50,191 nucleotides of DNA from an uncultured Bacilli bacterium (GTDB taxonomy: Bacteria > Bacillota_I > Bacilli_A > RF39 > UBA660). The DNA is taken from positions 1 to 50,191 of the forward strand of contig CALVZO010000025.1 of assembly GCA_944372545.1 (NCBI GenBank), written 5' to 3'. Of the stretch, positions 9,928 through 18,311 are shown in pieces. The translations under genes and the position numbers were made by a program. Numbering within the stretch: the first letter of the stretch is position 1; the number at the start of each line of letters is the position of its first letter. The notes under the pieces were generated by a model, which was not told the DNA's origin, did not search any database, and was given only the letters and a program-made list of their open reading frames with translations.

Positions 9928-11181
9928 ATGATACCGATGGTTAAATTAAAAATGCGGGGAGTTTATAAAACATTTTTAACTTTAGTTGCTTTCCTTATTT
10001 TTGTAGTTGCAGCAGTAGGGGTAATTTCCCTTTTTTATAATAAAGTTTATGAACCAGATTCTGATATTGAAGTAAATGGTACTTTATCAATAAATTATAT
10101 TGATGGTAAAAAAGTTTCTGTTATTGATAAAGAAACAATTAAATTCTCCATCACCAATAGTGGAGATGCAGTAAGTTATTATAATATTGGCTTTTTAAAA
10201 GTAAGAGGGAGTGGTACTTACCGGTTAAGTAGTGAAGATAAACTAATTTTTGAAGGCGAATTAAAAAGTATAGATGAACTAACTACAAATTATATAAGCA
10301 TCGATTCCAAAGAAACAAAATTATATTCTTTAGAAATTCAAAATGAAGATTCTAGTAAAGAATTGACTTGTTCATTAAATATTAGAACACAAGAAGGAAA
10401 AATTGTAACTTTTGCTGATACAATATTAAATAATAATGAGCCATCTGATTTAGCATATACAAAAGTTGGTGATGAAATATCAACAGAAGATGAAGGCTTA
10501 ATTAAAAGTTATGATGATATTGGTGTTTCTTATTATTTTAGGGGAAATGTTCAAAATAATTATGTGAGATTTGCCGATTTAACATGGCGTATTGTAAGAA
10601 TTAATGGTGATGGGACGGTTAGATTAGTATTAGATGGTACTACAGATACTTTAGCCAGTTATTATAATAGTGAAACAGTAGATTACACTTATCCCAATTC
10701 GGCAATTTTAGAACATTTAGAAGGCTGGGAGAGTATTTATTTAAGTAGTTATACTAATTATTTAGCAAATACAAAATTTTGTAATGATATAACTGAAGAA
10801 GATTATACTTATAATTCCTATACAAGAATATTTACTAATAAAATTCCGACTTTAAATTGTTTAGGAGAAAGTTACACATCTGTAATTGGAACACTTACAA
10901 TTGATGAAGTTATCTTAGCGGGAGCCAACACTTTATATAGTAATACTAGTTATTATCTATACAATAGTGATATCGATAATACTTGGTATACAATGAGTGG
11001 CGCTAAGGGTGGTGAAGGTTTCATTAATATGTTTATGGTTGATAGTAATGGTATAATTAGAACTGATATTAATGGAAATATGTTTTATAATGTGAGACCA
11101 GTTATTAATTTAATTAAAAATACTGAAGTTACTGGAGATGGAACAATAAATAACCCGTATAAAATTAGCGAAAGTAATTGA
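9928..11181 (+). CDS. Membrane-anchored secreted hypothetical protein
   Basis: AAGGTGA (9916-9922) sits 5 nt before ATG 9928; the track start GTG 9919 is less likely. There is an N-terminal TM helix (FLTLVAFLIFVVAAVGVISLF). Contains WRIVRINGDGTVRLVLDG, and the C-terminus has WYTMSG...VRPVINL. No confident family. Confidence 0.65.
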   Translation: MIPMVKLKMRGVYKTFLTLVAFLIFVVAAVGVISLFYNKVYEPDSDIEVNGTLSINYIDGKKVSVIDKETIKFSITNSGDAVSYYNIGFLKVRGSGTYRLSSEDKLIFEGELKSIDELTTNYISIDSKETKLYSLEIQNEDSSKELTCSLNIRTQEGKIVTFADTILNNNEPSDLAYTKVGDEISTEDEGLIKSYDDIGVSYYFRGNVQNNYVRFADLTWRIVRINGDGTVRLVLDGTTDTLASYYNSETVDYTYPNSAILEHLEGWESIYLSSYTNYLANTKFCNDITEEDYTYNSYTRIFTNKIPTLNCLGESYTSVIGTLTIDEVILAGANTLYSNTSYYLYNSDIDNTWYTMSGAKGGEGFINMFMVDSNGIIRTDINGNMFYNVRPVINLIKNTEVTGDGTINNPYKISESN

Positions 11182-11271
11182 TTAGTGTAAATAGCAATGT
11201 TATAATAAGTGTCAATATTTGTTTAAATGAATGTAAAGTAAACGTTAGACACTTATTTTAATTTACACTAA
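11182..11271. repeat. Nested imperfect inverted repeat (long hairpin)
   Basis: Outer arms TTAGTGTAAAT (11182-11192) / ATTTACACTAA (11261-11271). Inner arms TAAGTGTC (11206-11213) / GACACTTA (11248-11255). Core GTTTA/TAAAC. An extended -10 (TGtTATAAT, 11198-11206) lies in the left arm. Confidence 0.8.
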
Positions 11272-11299
11272 GTGGTAAAATGTTATTGTGGTGGTAATA

Positions 11300-11887
11300 A
11301 TGAATTTATTAAATGATATAATTAAATTTCTAAAATGTTTAAGTTTTGTTGATATTGTATTTTTTGTTGCGATAATAACTCTTTTAATTTTATTAGTAAC
11401 CTTAGTGTATTTTATCAATATTAATAAAGATATATTAAATGAAGATGATTTTTTTCCACCAAACGATAATTCTAAAAAAGAAGATGTTATAAAAAGTGTA
11501 GAAGTAGTTCAAAAAGAAGAAGTAATTCCTGAAAAAATAGAAGAAGAATACAATGATGAAGAAGGAGAACTACTAGATTTAGAAAGTTTAACTAAAAAGT
11601 TAAAGGAAGAACAAACAGAGAGAATATCTTGTAATGAATATGAAAAAGATCAAGAAGAAAAAGCGATTATTAGTTATGATGAGTTAGTTCAAAAACATAA
11701 TAATTATCGAATTAATTATGAAAAAGAAGAAATTATTGATGATTTAATAGTTAAAAAAGTTAATTTAAGTAATTTAGTTAATAATGAGAAAATAGAAGAT
11801 ACTAAAAGAGAAGTTAGAGTTATTAGTTATCAGAAAGAAGAAGCATTTTTAAATGCTTTAAAAGAACTTAATAGTTTATTAAATTAA
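11300..11887 (+). CDS. Membrane-anchored acidic hypothetical protein
   Basis: GTGGTGG precedes ATG 11300. One N-terminal TM helix, then a Glu/Asp/Lys-rich region. No family recognised. Confidence 0.6.
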   Translation: MNLLNDIIKFLKCLSFVDIVFFVAIITLLILLVTLVYFININKDILNEDDFFPPNDNSKKEDVIKSVEVVQKEEVIPEKIEEEYNDEEGELLDLESLTKKLKEEQTERISCNEYEKDQEEKAIISYDELVQKHNNYRINYEKEEIIDDLIVKKVNLSNLVNNEKIEDTKREVRVISYQKEEAFLNALKELNSLLN

Positions 11888-11898
11888 AGGGTGGTTTT

Positions 11899-13131
11899 AT
11901 GAAGTTTTATATTGAAACTTTTGGCTGTAAAGTAAATACATATGAATCTAATTTTATAAAAAAATCCCTTATTGAAGAAGGATTTTTTTATGCTGATAGT
12001 CTATTAGATGCCAATATAGTTATAGTAAATACTTGTACAGTTACAAATATGAGTGATACAAAATGTCGCAAATATATTAGAAGGGTTAAAAGAGAAAATC
12101 CTAATGCTATTTTAGTTGTAGTAGGGTGTAGTGTCCAATATAATCCTGATGTTTATAAGGATATGTCTATTGATATATTACTTGGTAATAGATATAAATC
12201 TAAATTAGGTATGCTTATTAAAGGTTATTTAGTAACAAAAGAAAAATATCAATTTATTGAAAATTCAAGAAAATTAGATTTTGAAGACATGCGAATTAAT
12301 AATTTTGATCATACAAGAGCATTTATTAAAATTCAAGATGGTTGTGATAATTTTTGTTCTTATTGTATTATTCCTTTTGTAAGAGGAAGTATTCGTTCGA
12401 AAAATTTTGAATTAATCAAAAAAGAAGCTGAAGATTTAGTGAAAAATAATCATTATGAAATAGTTTTAACTGGTATTCATACGGGGTCATATAATGATAA
12501 TGGACATGATTTAGTTGATGTTATAAATGAATTAAGTAAAATTGAAAATTTAAAAAGAATTAGATTATCAAGCGTGGAAATTACCGAATTAAATGATAAG
12601 TTTTTTACAATGCTTAAAAATAATCCCAAATTCTGTAATCATTTACATATACCTCTTCAGTCTGGTAGTAATGAAGTATTAAAAAAAATGAATAGAAAAT
12701 ATGATATGGCTTATTTCTTTCAGGTTATAGAGAAAATAAGAAGTATCCGTCCTGATATTTCGATAACTACCGATATAATTGTAGGGTTTCCAGAAAGCAG
12801 CGTTTCTAACTTTGAAGAAACTTATGAAAATGCTTTAAAACTAAGATTTAGTAAAATGCATGTATTTCCTTATTCAAAAAGAAATGGAACTAAGGCAAGT
12901 TTAATGAAAGAAATTGATGGATTAGAAAAAACTAGAAGAGTTCATAAATTATTGGAATTATCAAATTATTTAGAAGAAGAATATCAAAAAAAGTTTGTTG
13001 GCAAAAAGGTTGATGTTTTAATTGAAGAAGTAAATGATAATGTAAGTGTTGGTCATACTTCTAACTATTTAAGAGTAGAAATAAATGAAAAACTTCTAAA
13101 AAATCAAATATATGAAGTAATTTATAAGTAG
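11899..13131 (+). CDS. mtaB: Radical-SAM methylthiotransferase, MtaB (YqeV)-like
   Basis: ETFGCKVNTYES, NTCTVT and the radical SAM motif CDNFCSYCIIP, plus NHLHIPLQSGSNEVLKKMNRKY. It lies downstream of the dnaK operon, as yqeV does in Bacillus. Confidence 0.75.
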   Translation: MKFYIETFGCKVNTYESNFIKKSLIEEGFFYADSLLDANIVIVNTCTVTNMSDTKCRKYIRRVKRENPNAILVVVGCSVQYNPDVYKDMSIDILLGNRYKSKLGMLIKGYLVTKEKYQFIENSRKLDFEDMRINNFDHTRAFIKIQDGCDNFCSYCIIPFVRGSIRSKNFELIKKEAEDLVKNNHYEIVLTGIHTGSYNDNGHDLVDVINELSKIENLKRIRLSSVEITELNDKFFTMLKNNPKFCNHLHIPLQSGSNEVLKKMNRKYDMAYFFQVIEKIRSIRPDISITTDIIVGFPESSVSNFEETYENALKLRFSKMHVFPYSKRNGTKASLMKEIDGLEKTRRVHKLLELSNYLEEEYQKKFVGKKVDVLIEEVNDNVSVGHTSNYLRVEINEKLLKNQIYEVIYK

Positions 13132-13133
13132 AT

Positions 13134-13172
13134 AAAAAATAATCACAAAAGTTAAAGTGTGATTATTTTTTT
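13134..13172. terminator. Bidirectional terminator between convergent mtaB and lexA
   Basis: AATCACA (13141-13147) / TGTGATT (13158-13164), flanked by an A-run upstream and a T-run downstream. Confidence 0.65.
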
Positions 13173-13176
13173 GATA

Positions 13177-13800
13177 CTAAAATTTTCGATATAAACCAAT
13201 TGCTTTTCCTAATATAACACAATTATCTAAGATAATCGGGTCCATTGTATCATTTTCTGGTTGCAAGCGAATATGTCCTTTTTCTTTATAAAAAGTTTTA
13301 ATTGTTGCTTCATTTTCCATAGTCATTGCGACAACTATATCACCATTTTTAGCGGTACTTTGTTTTTGCACTATAACGTAATCGCCATCGTAAATACCAG
13401 CATTAATCATACTTTCACCACTGACATGTAAAGTGAAGACCGTTTCTTTAGCCGGAATTAGTGAAGCCGGAATATTAAAGAACTCATTAGGTTGTTCAAT
13501 CGCAGTTATTGGTGAACCTGCTGTTATTTTTCCTAAAAGAGGAACCTTTATAACATCTTCATTACTCTCAATATATTCGTTATCTCCGATAACCTCAATT
13601 GTTCTAAATTTATTGCTTGTTGTTTTTATATAACCTAATTGTTCTAAGTTTTTCATATGGACAAATACTGTCGCCGGACTAGATAAATTTACACCTTTAC
13701 ATATTTCTCTAATTGCAGGGGGATACCCATGATCTGCAATATATTTTTTAATAAAATCTAAAACTTCCTTTTGTCTTTTTGTGATTTCTGTTCCTTTCAT
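13177..13800 (-). CDS. lexA: SOS repressor LexA
   Basis: N-terminal winged HTH (GYPPAIREICKGVNLSSPATVFVHMKNLE) and an S24 peptidase domain with VSGESM (Ser) and ATIKTFYK (Lys). GGAGG RBS. Confidence 0.95.
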   Translation of the reverse strand: MKGTEITKRQKEVLDFIKKYIADHGYPPAIREICKGVNLSSPATVFVHMKNLEQLGYIKTTSNKFRTIEVIGDNEYIESNEDVIKVPLLGKITAGSPITAIEQPNEFFNIPASLIPAKETVFTLHVSGESMINAGIYDGDYVIVQKQSTAKNGDIVVAMTMENEATIKTFYKEKGHIRLQPENDTMDPIILDNCVILGKAIGLYRKF

Positions 13801-13817
13801 GTAGACCTCCTAAATTC

Positions 13818-13846
13818 ATTTTACACTAAGAATTGTAAAAAGTCAA
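13818..13846 (-). promoter_or_regulatory. lexA promoter
   Basis: Minus-strand TTGACT (13846-13841), 17-nt spacer, TAAAAT (13823-13818). Confidence 0.6.
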
Positions 13847-13856
13847 ACAATTGTTT
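13845..13856. promoter_or_regulatory. LexA (Cheo-type) box 1, overlaps the lexA -35
   Basis: Perfect palindrome AAACAATTGTTT, a relaxed form of GAAC-N4-GTTC. Confidence 0.6.
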
Positions 13857-13865
13857 TAATTTTTC

Positions 13866-13894
13866 TTGACACAAACATTTGTTCTTGATATGAT
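13866..13894 (+). promoter_or_regulatory. Promoter of the small divergent ORF
   Basis: TTGACA (13866-13871), 17-nt spacer, TATGAT (13889-13894). Confidence 0.65.
13873..13884. promoter_or_regulatory. LexA box 2, inside the spacer of the divergent promoter
   Basis: AAACATTTGTTC (reverse complement GAACAAATGTTT) matches GAAC-N4-GTTY. Confidence 0.65.
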
Positions 13895-13920
13895 GGGTAT
13901 GTAAGAAGGAGTGATATTAG

Positions 13921-14070
13921 ATGAAAAAAAGTTTAGTTAACATTGGAGGAGCCATTTTATTTTATTCGGTTATTGTATTTGGTATATTGCTCTTGAATAT
14001 AAGATTTAAGTATTTAAATGATTTAGAAATCGAAAAAAATCCGAATAATTATGTGGCAATGAATAAGTAA
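13921..14070 (+). CDS. Small (49 aa) single-pass membrane protein, candidate SOS-induced division inhibitor (YneA/SosA position)
   Basis: Not in the ORF track (too short). GAAGGAG RBS (13905-13911) sits 9 nt before the ATG. Sequence: MKKSLVNIGGAILFYSVIVFGILLLNIRFKYLNDLEIEKNPNNYVAMNK*. It is divergent from lexA behind a LexA-boxed promoter. Confidence 0.6.
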   Translation: MKKSLVNIGGAILFYSVIVFGILLLNIRFKYLNDLEIEKNPNNYVAMNK

Positions 14071-14120
14071 TTCATTGTTTTTATTTTAATTTAATATTAT
14101 AATGGTATATGAGGTACAAT

Positions 14121-15251
14121 ATGAAAAAGAAAATTTTAATAATGTATGCACGCTATGGCTCTGGTCATAAATCTATTGCTGAATATGTAGCCAAATATAT
14201 TGAAGAACATAATGATTCAGCCGATGTTATGGTCCTAGATATGACTGATTATGCTAATGGCATTGGTAAATTCACAGTTAAAATAATGGATTTTGTATCT
14301 AAATATCGACCTGCACGAGTTTTTGATATATGTTATGAATTAATGGACCATAAAATATCTGCTTTAGGTCACAATAAATTTACCAAAAAATGTTATGACA
14401 ATAAAAAATTAAGAGAAGTTATTACTAAGTTTAATCCCGATGTTGTTGTTTCCAGTCATTTTTACTGTAGTAATATAATTAATTATTATAATGATTTAGA
14501 ACTTATTGATGCTAAATTATATACAATTATAACTGATTATAGGACTCATGAGTGGTGGACTAAAAATCATAAAAAAGAAACAGGCTATATTGTTGGTAAT
14601 GAAATAGTAAAACAAGAATTAATTAAAAGAGGGGTAGATGGTAAGAAAGTTCATGCTTTCGGGCTACCTTTAAATATAAATGAATTAAGTAAGTTAGAAA
14701 AAACAGATAAAATATTATCAAGATATAATTTAAAAGGAAATAGAAAAGTTTATTTATTCTTTGGTGGTTCGACAGCAGGAAGTATGTACTATTTTGATTA
14801 TTTTAAAACTGTTGCTAAATTAAATTTAAATGCCGACATTATTTTTATAAGTGGTAAAAATGCTAAATTAAAAGTGAAAGCAGAAGAGTATGTAAAAATT
14901 AAAAATATAAAAAATATTCAAGTTTTAGGATACACAAATGATGTCTTTAATTTAATGAAAATAAGTGACTTAGTTATAACAAAACCTGGGGGAGCAACAG
15001 TGACAGAATGCTTAGAAATGCATAGGCCGATGCTCTTAATTCCTGGTGTAGGTGGTCAAGAAAAATATAACGCTAAGTTTGTCGCTAATAAAAAGTATGG
15101 TATTAAAGTAAGAGGGTTATGGGGTTTTAAAATCTGGCTAAAAAGATTAGAAATAAGTCCTGATATTATGACAAAAATGAAAAAAAGATTAGATAGTCAA
15201 AGTAAAAATAAATCAGCAGAAAAAATCAATGATTTGATAATGAAAAAATAA
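14121..15251 (+). CDS. ugtP: Diacylglycerol glycosyltransferase, UgtP / MGDG-synthase (GT28) family
   Basis: ILIMYARYGSGHKSIAEYV, VLGYTNDVFNLMKISDLVITKPGGATVTECL and GQEKYNAKF parallel B. subtilis UgtP. The -10 at 14098-14103 and GAGG at 14111-14114 favour ATG 14121 over 14109. Confidence 0.7.
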   Translation: MKKKILIMYARYGSGHKSIAEYVAKYIEEHNDSADVMVLDMTDYANGIGKFTVKIMDFVSKYRPARVFDICYELMDHKISALGHNKFTKKCYDNKKLREVITKFNPDVVVSSHFYCSNIINYYNDLELIDAKLYTIITDYRTHEWWTKNHKKETGYIVGNEIVKQELIKRGVDGKKVHAFGLPLNINELSKLEKTDKILSRYNLKGNRKVYLFFGGSTAGSMYYFDYFKTVAKLNLNADIIFISGKNAKLKVKAEEYVKIKNIKNIQVLGYTNDVFNLMKISDLVITKPGGATVTECLEMHRPMLLIPGVGGQEKYNAKFVANKKYGIKVRGLWGFKIWLKRLEISPDIMTKMKKRLDSQSKNKSAEKINDLIMKK

Positions 15252-15261
15252 GAGGTAAAAT

Positions 15262-17154
15262 ATGAGTAAAATAGATAATATATTAATTAATAATTTAAAA
15301 TCAATAACTTATGATATGTTAAATGAAGGAAATATTCATGATTATAAAATTATATCTTGTGCAACATTGTTTTATAATTTATATTTAAATCATTTAATAT
15401 ATTTAAGTGATAATCCTAACTATGTTAATCGGGACCGAGTAATAGTTAGTAATAAATATTTACCTGCATTTTATGCAACACTTAGTTTATTTGGCTATGA
15501 CATAAATTCTGATAATTTAAAAGAGTATAAAAAATTAAATTCTGGATTAAATGCTTATAATGATCCTAAAAATATTGGTATCGAAATAGGCTCTTTTAAT
15601 GTTGATGTAGTATCTTCTTCAGTAGGTATTGCTATTGGAGAAAGATATTTAGAAAATTTAATTAAAGTAGAAAATCCTAAATGTGATTTAATAAATTTTC
15701 ATACCTATAGTATTGTAGATTTAGAAGAATTAGAAGTAGGAAGTTCTATAGAAACCCTTAATTATATAAGGCGCGAAGAATTAAATAAACTAGTTATAAT
15801 AGCCATCAATAATACTTATGATAATAAAGATATAGATATATTAGAAAGAAAATATTTATCTTTATCTTTTGATGTAATAAAGGTTAAAAATCATGACAAT
15901 TTTAGTGAAATAGACAGTGTTATTGATGAAGCCAAAAGAAGTAGAAATAAAACTACTATAGTTATAATTAATAATAAAGATAAAGAAATAGATAGTGACT
16001 ATATAAATAATTTAAGAATTAAGTATAAAATAGAAATTCCTTATACTTATCCTAAAGAAGAATTAAAAAGTATTAAAGATATAGCAAGTAAAAGAATAAA
16101 TAAAATTATCACAAAATGGCAAAAAAATTATACTGAATATAAGAGTGATTTAAAAGTAAAAGAAATATTAAATTTCTTAGAAAATAAGACTATTTCTTTC
16201 GATTTTAAAAGTGAAAATTATCGTATAAATGATAACTATTTAGAAGAATTAATTAAAGGTAATAGTAAAATGTTTAATATTTTTACAAGTAAAAGTCCTT
16301 TTACTTTAGCATTAAGTAGTGATTTTTCTAAAACATTATGTGAAATAAATAAATCTCAATTAATGAGTAAAGAAAACCCTTTAGGAAGAAATTTATGTTT
16401 TTCTAATAATATAATGACTATGGGTGGAGTATCTTTAGGACTTGCTTCCCTAGGTTTTAAAGTGTTTGTAAGTACTCCTTTAATATTAAGTAATTATTTA
16501 AATCCTTTTATTAAAAATAGTACAATGTTTAATTACCCAATAACTTATATATTTACCCAAGATTCATTTTTAAGTGAAGAGGCATTAGTACCATACTCAG
16601 AAATTAATAATTTAAGATTATTGAATAATATTTTAGTCTTTAGACCGTGCGATATTAATGAAGTAATTGGTATATATGAAATAATTAGTAATTATCATAA
16701 AGTTAGTGTAATTATCATTAATAGTGAAAAAACTAAAAAATTAATTGGAACTAATCCTAAATATGTAGTGGCGGGTGCTTACCGAGTAAGAAGAGAAAGA
16801 GGAGATGTAAACGGTATAATTTTAGCAACCGGCAGTGAAGTATCTCTTGCTTTAGAAATTGCTGAAGAATTAATTCCATATGGCATCGACTTACGCGTAG
16901 TATCAATGCCTAGTCAAGAATTATTTAAAGTACAAAGTGAACGTTATAAATATTCATTATTACCAAAAGAGTTAAAAACTTTTGTTATTGAATTTGGAAG
17001 TATATCTACTTATTTAGAATATACTCAAAATGAAGAATATATTTTTGGTCTAAAAAAATATAGTCAAAATGGCACAAAATTAGAATTATTAAATGATCAT
17101 AATTTAAATAAAGATTATATTTTAGCCAAAATAGTAGAATTAATGAAAAAGTAA
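15262..17154 (+). CDS. Transketolase-like protein with degenerate active-site and ThDP motifs (probable pseudo-enzyme)
   Basis: Collinear with transketolase over 630 aa (NRDRVIVSNKY, TYIFTQDS, FRPCDINE), but SGHPG, GHGS, GDG..MEG, the REF(A/G)M Glu and GPTH(Q/E)P are all substituted. See finding. Confidence 0.7.
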   Translation: MSKIDNILINNLKSITYDMLNEGNIHDYKIISCATLFYNLYLNHLIYLSDNPNYVNRDRVIVSNKYLPAFYATLSLFGYDINSDNLKEYKKLNSGLNAYNDPKNIGIEIGSFNVDVVSSSVGIAIGERYLENLIKVENPKCDLINFHTYSIVDLEELEVGSSIETLNYIRREELNKLVIIAINNTYDNKDIDILERKYLSLSFDVIKVKNHDNFSEIDSVIDEAKRSRNKTTIVIINNKDKEIDSDYINNLRIKYKIEIPYTYPKEELKSIKDIASKRINKIITKWQKNYTEYKSDLKVKEILNFLENKTISFDFKSENYRINDNYLEELIKGNSKMFNIFTSKSPFTLALSSDFSKTLCEINKSQLMSKENPLGRNLCFSNNIMTMGGVSLGLASLGFKVFVSTPLILSNYLNPFIKNSTMFNYPITYIFTQDSFLSEEALVPYSEINNLRLLNNILVFRPCDINEVIGIYEIISNYHKVSVIIINSEKTKKLIGTNPKYVVAGAYRVRRERGDVNGIILATGSEVSLALEIAEELIPYGIDLRVVSMPSQELFKVQSERYKYSLLPKELKTFVIEFGSISTYLEYTQNEEYIFGLKKYSQNGTKLELLNDHNLNKDYILAKIVELMKK

Positions 17155-17218
17155 TTAACAGACATAATTAGACATTTTTTACTAAAGTTATTAGTTATAA
17201 TGTCTATAGGGTGATAAA

Positions 17219-17635
17219 ATGAGAACATTTTATATATTTAAAATCAAAAAAGAAATGGCTATTATTACAAGAGATACCCCTTATAATCTTTACAGAACAA
17301 TAGAACATCTGTATTATGTTGATGAATATAATATGGGTGTTTCTTTTAAATTGTATAATGATATATTTAGCACTTTTAATAAAGAATATGTAGATAAAAA
17401 AATATATAGTTTGTTTCGTAATTATAAATATTATATATATGATAATGAAAAGCATATGATAATTAATAAATATCGTCCTGAAAATACTTATTTAAAAGTA
17501 TATAAAAGTCATATTATATTAAAAAGTGATATTATTAAGCCAACACTTTTATTAAATTATTTAATGAGTGAAGATTTATTTGTCTGTGATTTTAAAAATA
17601 AAGATTATTTTTGGTTAAATGAATTTGTGAGATAA
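17219..17635 (+). CDS. sirA: SirA-like sporulation inhibitor of replication (tentative)
   Basis: N-terminus MRTFYIFKIKKEMA and C-terminus VCDFKNKDYFWLNEF resemble B. subtilis SirA/YneE (M.R.YYTYLIKEEFA ... DFNSKRYGWLNP, recalled from memory). It lies directly after the tkt slot, as in Bacillus. AGGGTGA RBS; -10 at 17196-17201. Confidence 0.5.
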   Translation: MRTFYIFKIKKEMAIITRDTPYNLYRTIEHLYYVDEYNMGVSFKLYNDIFSTFNKEYVDKKIYSLFRNYKYYIYDNEKHMIINKYRPENTYLKVYKSHIILKSDIIKPTLLLNYLMSEDLFVCDFKNKDYFWLNEFVR

Positions 17636-17668
17636 CTATTTTTATGTTAAAATTATATAGTGATAAGT

Positions 17669-18301
17669 ATGAAGTTTAAATTAAATGATTATATAATAGA
17701 GTATGAAATAATTAGAAAAGATAATAAGAATCTTTATTTTCGTATTGATGAAAATTGTAAATTAATAATTACTGCGCCAAGATTTATTACAGATATGGAT
17801 GTTAAAAACTTGATTACTAAAAATTCTTCAGCAATATTAAAAATGTATGAAAATGCTTTAGTAAGAAGTGAGAGAAACAGTTTATTTTGGTATTTAGGTA
17901 ATGGTTATAAAGTAGTATTTGATAATAGAGTAAGTGAAGTTACTTTTGAAGGTGATACAATAATTTGTCATGATGAAGATAGTTTAAATGAATTTTATAA
18001 TAGTGAGTGTGAAAGAATATTTAAAGAAGAAATTGAAGTATGCAAAAAGTGTTTTTCTGAATTACCAGAGTTTACTTTAAAGTTAAGAAAAATGCGAACA
18101 AGATGGGGAGTTTGTAATGTTAGAAAAAATATTATTACTTTAAATACAGAGTTATTAAAGAAATCTATTCCTTTAATTGATTATGTTATAATTCATGAAA
18201 TGGCGCATTTTTTTGAAGCAAATCATAGTAAAAACTTTTGGAAAATAGTAGAAGCCGCGATTCCTGATTATAAAGCAAAAAGAAAAGAATTAAGGTATTA
18301 A
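17669..18301 (+). CDS. YgjP-like metal-dependent hydrolase (DUF45 / M48-like)
   Basis: RTRWGVCNVRKNIITLNTELLK...IDYVIIHEMAHFFEANHSKNFW...PDYK is the DUF45 signature. The start could be ATG 17669 or GTG 17660. Confidence 0.8.
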   Translation: MKFKLNDYIIEYEIIRKDNKNLYFRIDENCKLIITAPRFITDMDVKNLITKNSSAILKMYENALVRSERNSLFWYLGNGYKVVFDNRVSEVTFEGDTIICHDEDSLNEFYNSECERIFKEEIEVCKKCFSELPEFTLKLRKMRTRWGVCNVRKNIITLNTELLKKSIPLIDYVIIHEMAHFFEANHSKNFWKIVEAAIPDYKAKRKELRY

Positions 18302-18311
18302 GGGGGCTATT

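Noticed and set aside
13433-13633. 66-aa ORF antisense to lexA
   Set aside because: It lies inside lexA, with no RBS and no motif.
17204-17455. 83-aa ORF antisense to the sirA-like gene
   Set aside because: It is an extreme Ile/Phe/Tyr AT-rich artefact. The plus-strand gene has an RBS, a promoter and end motifs.
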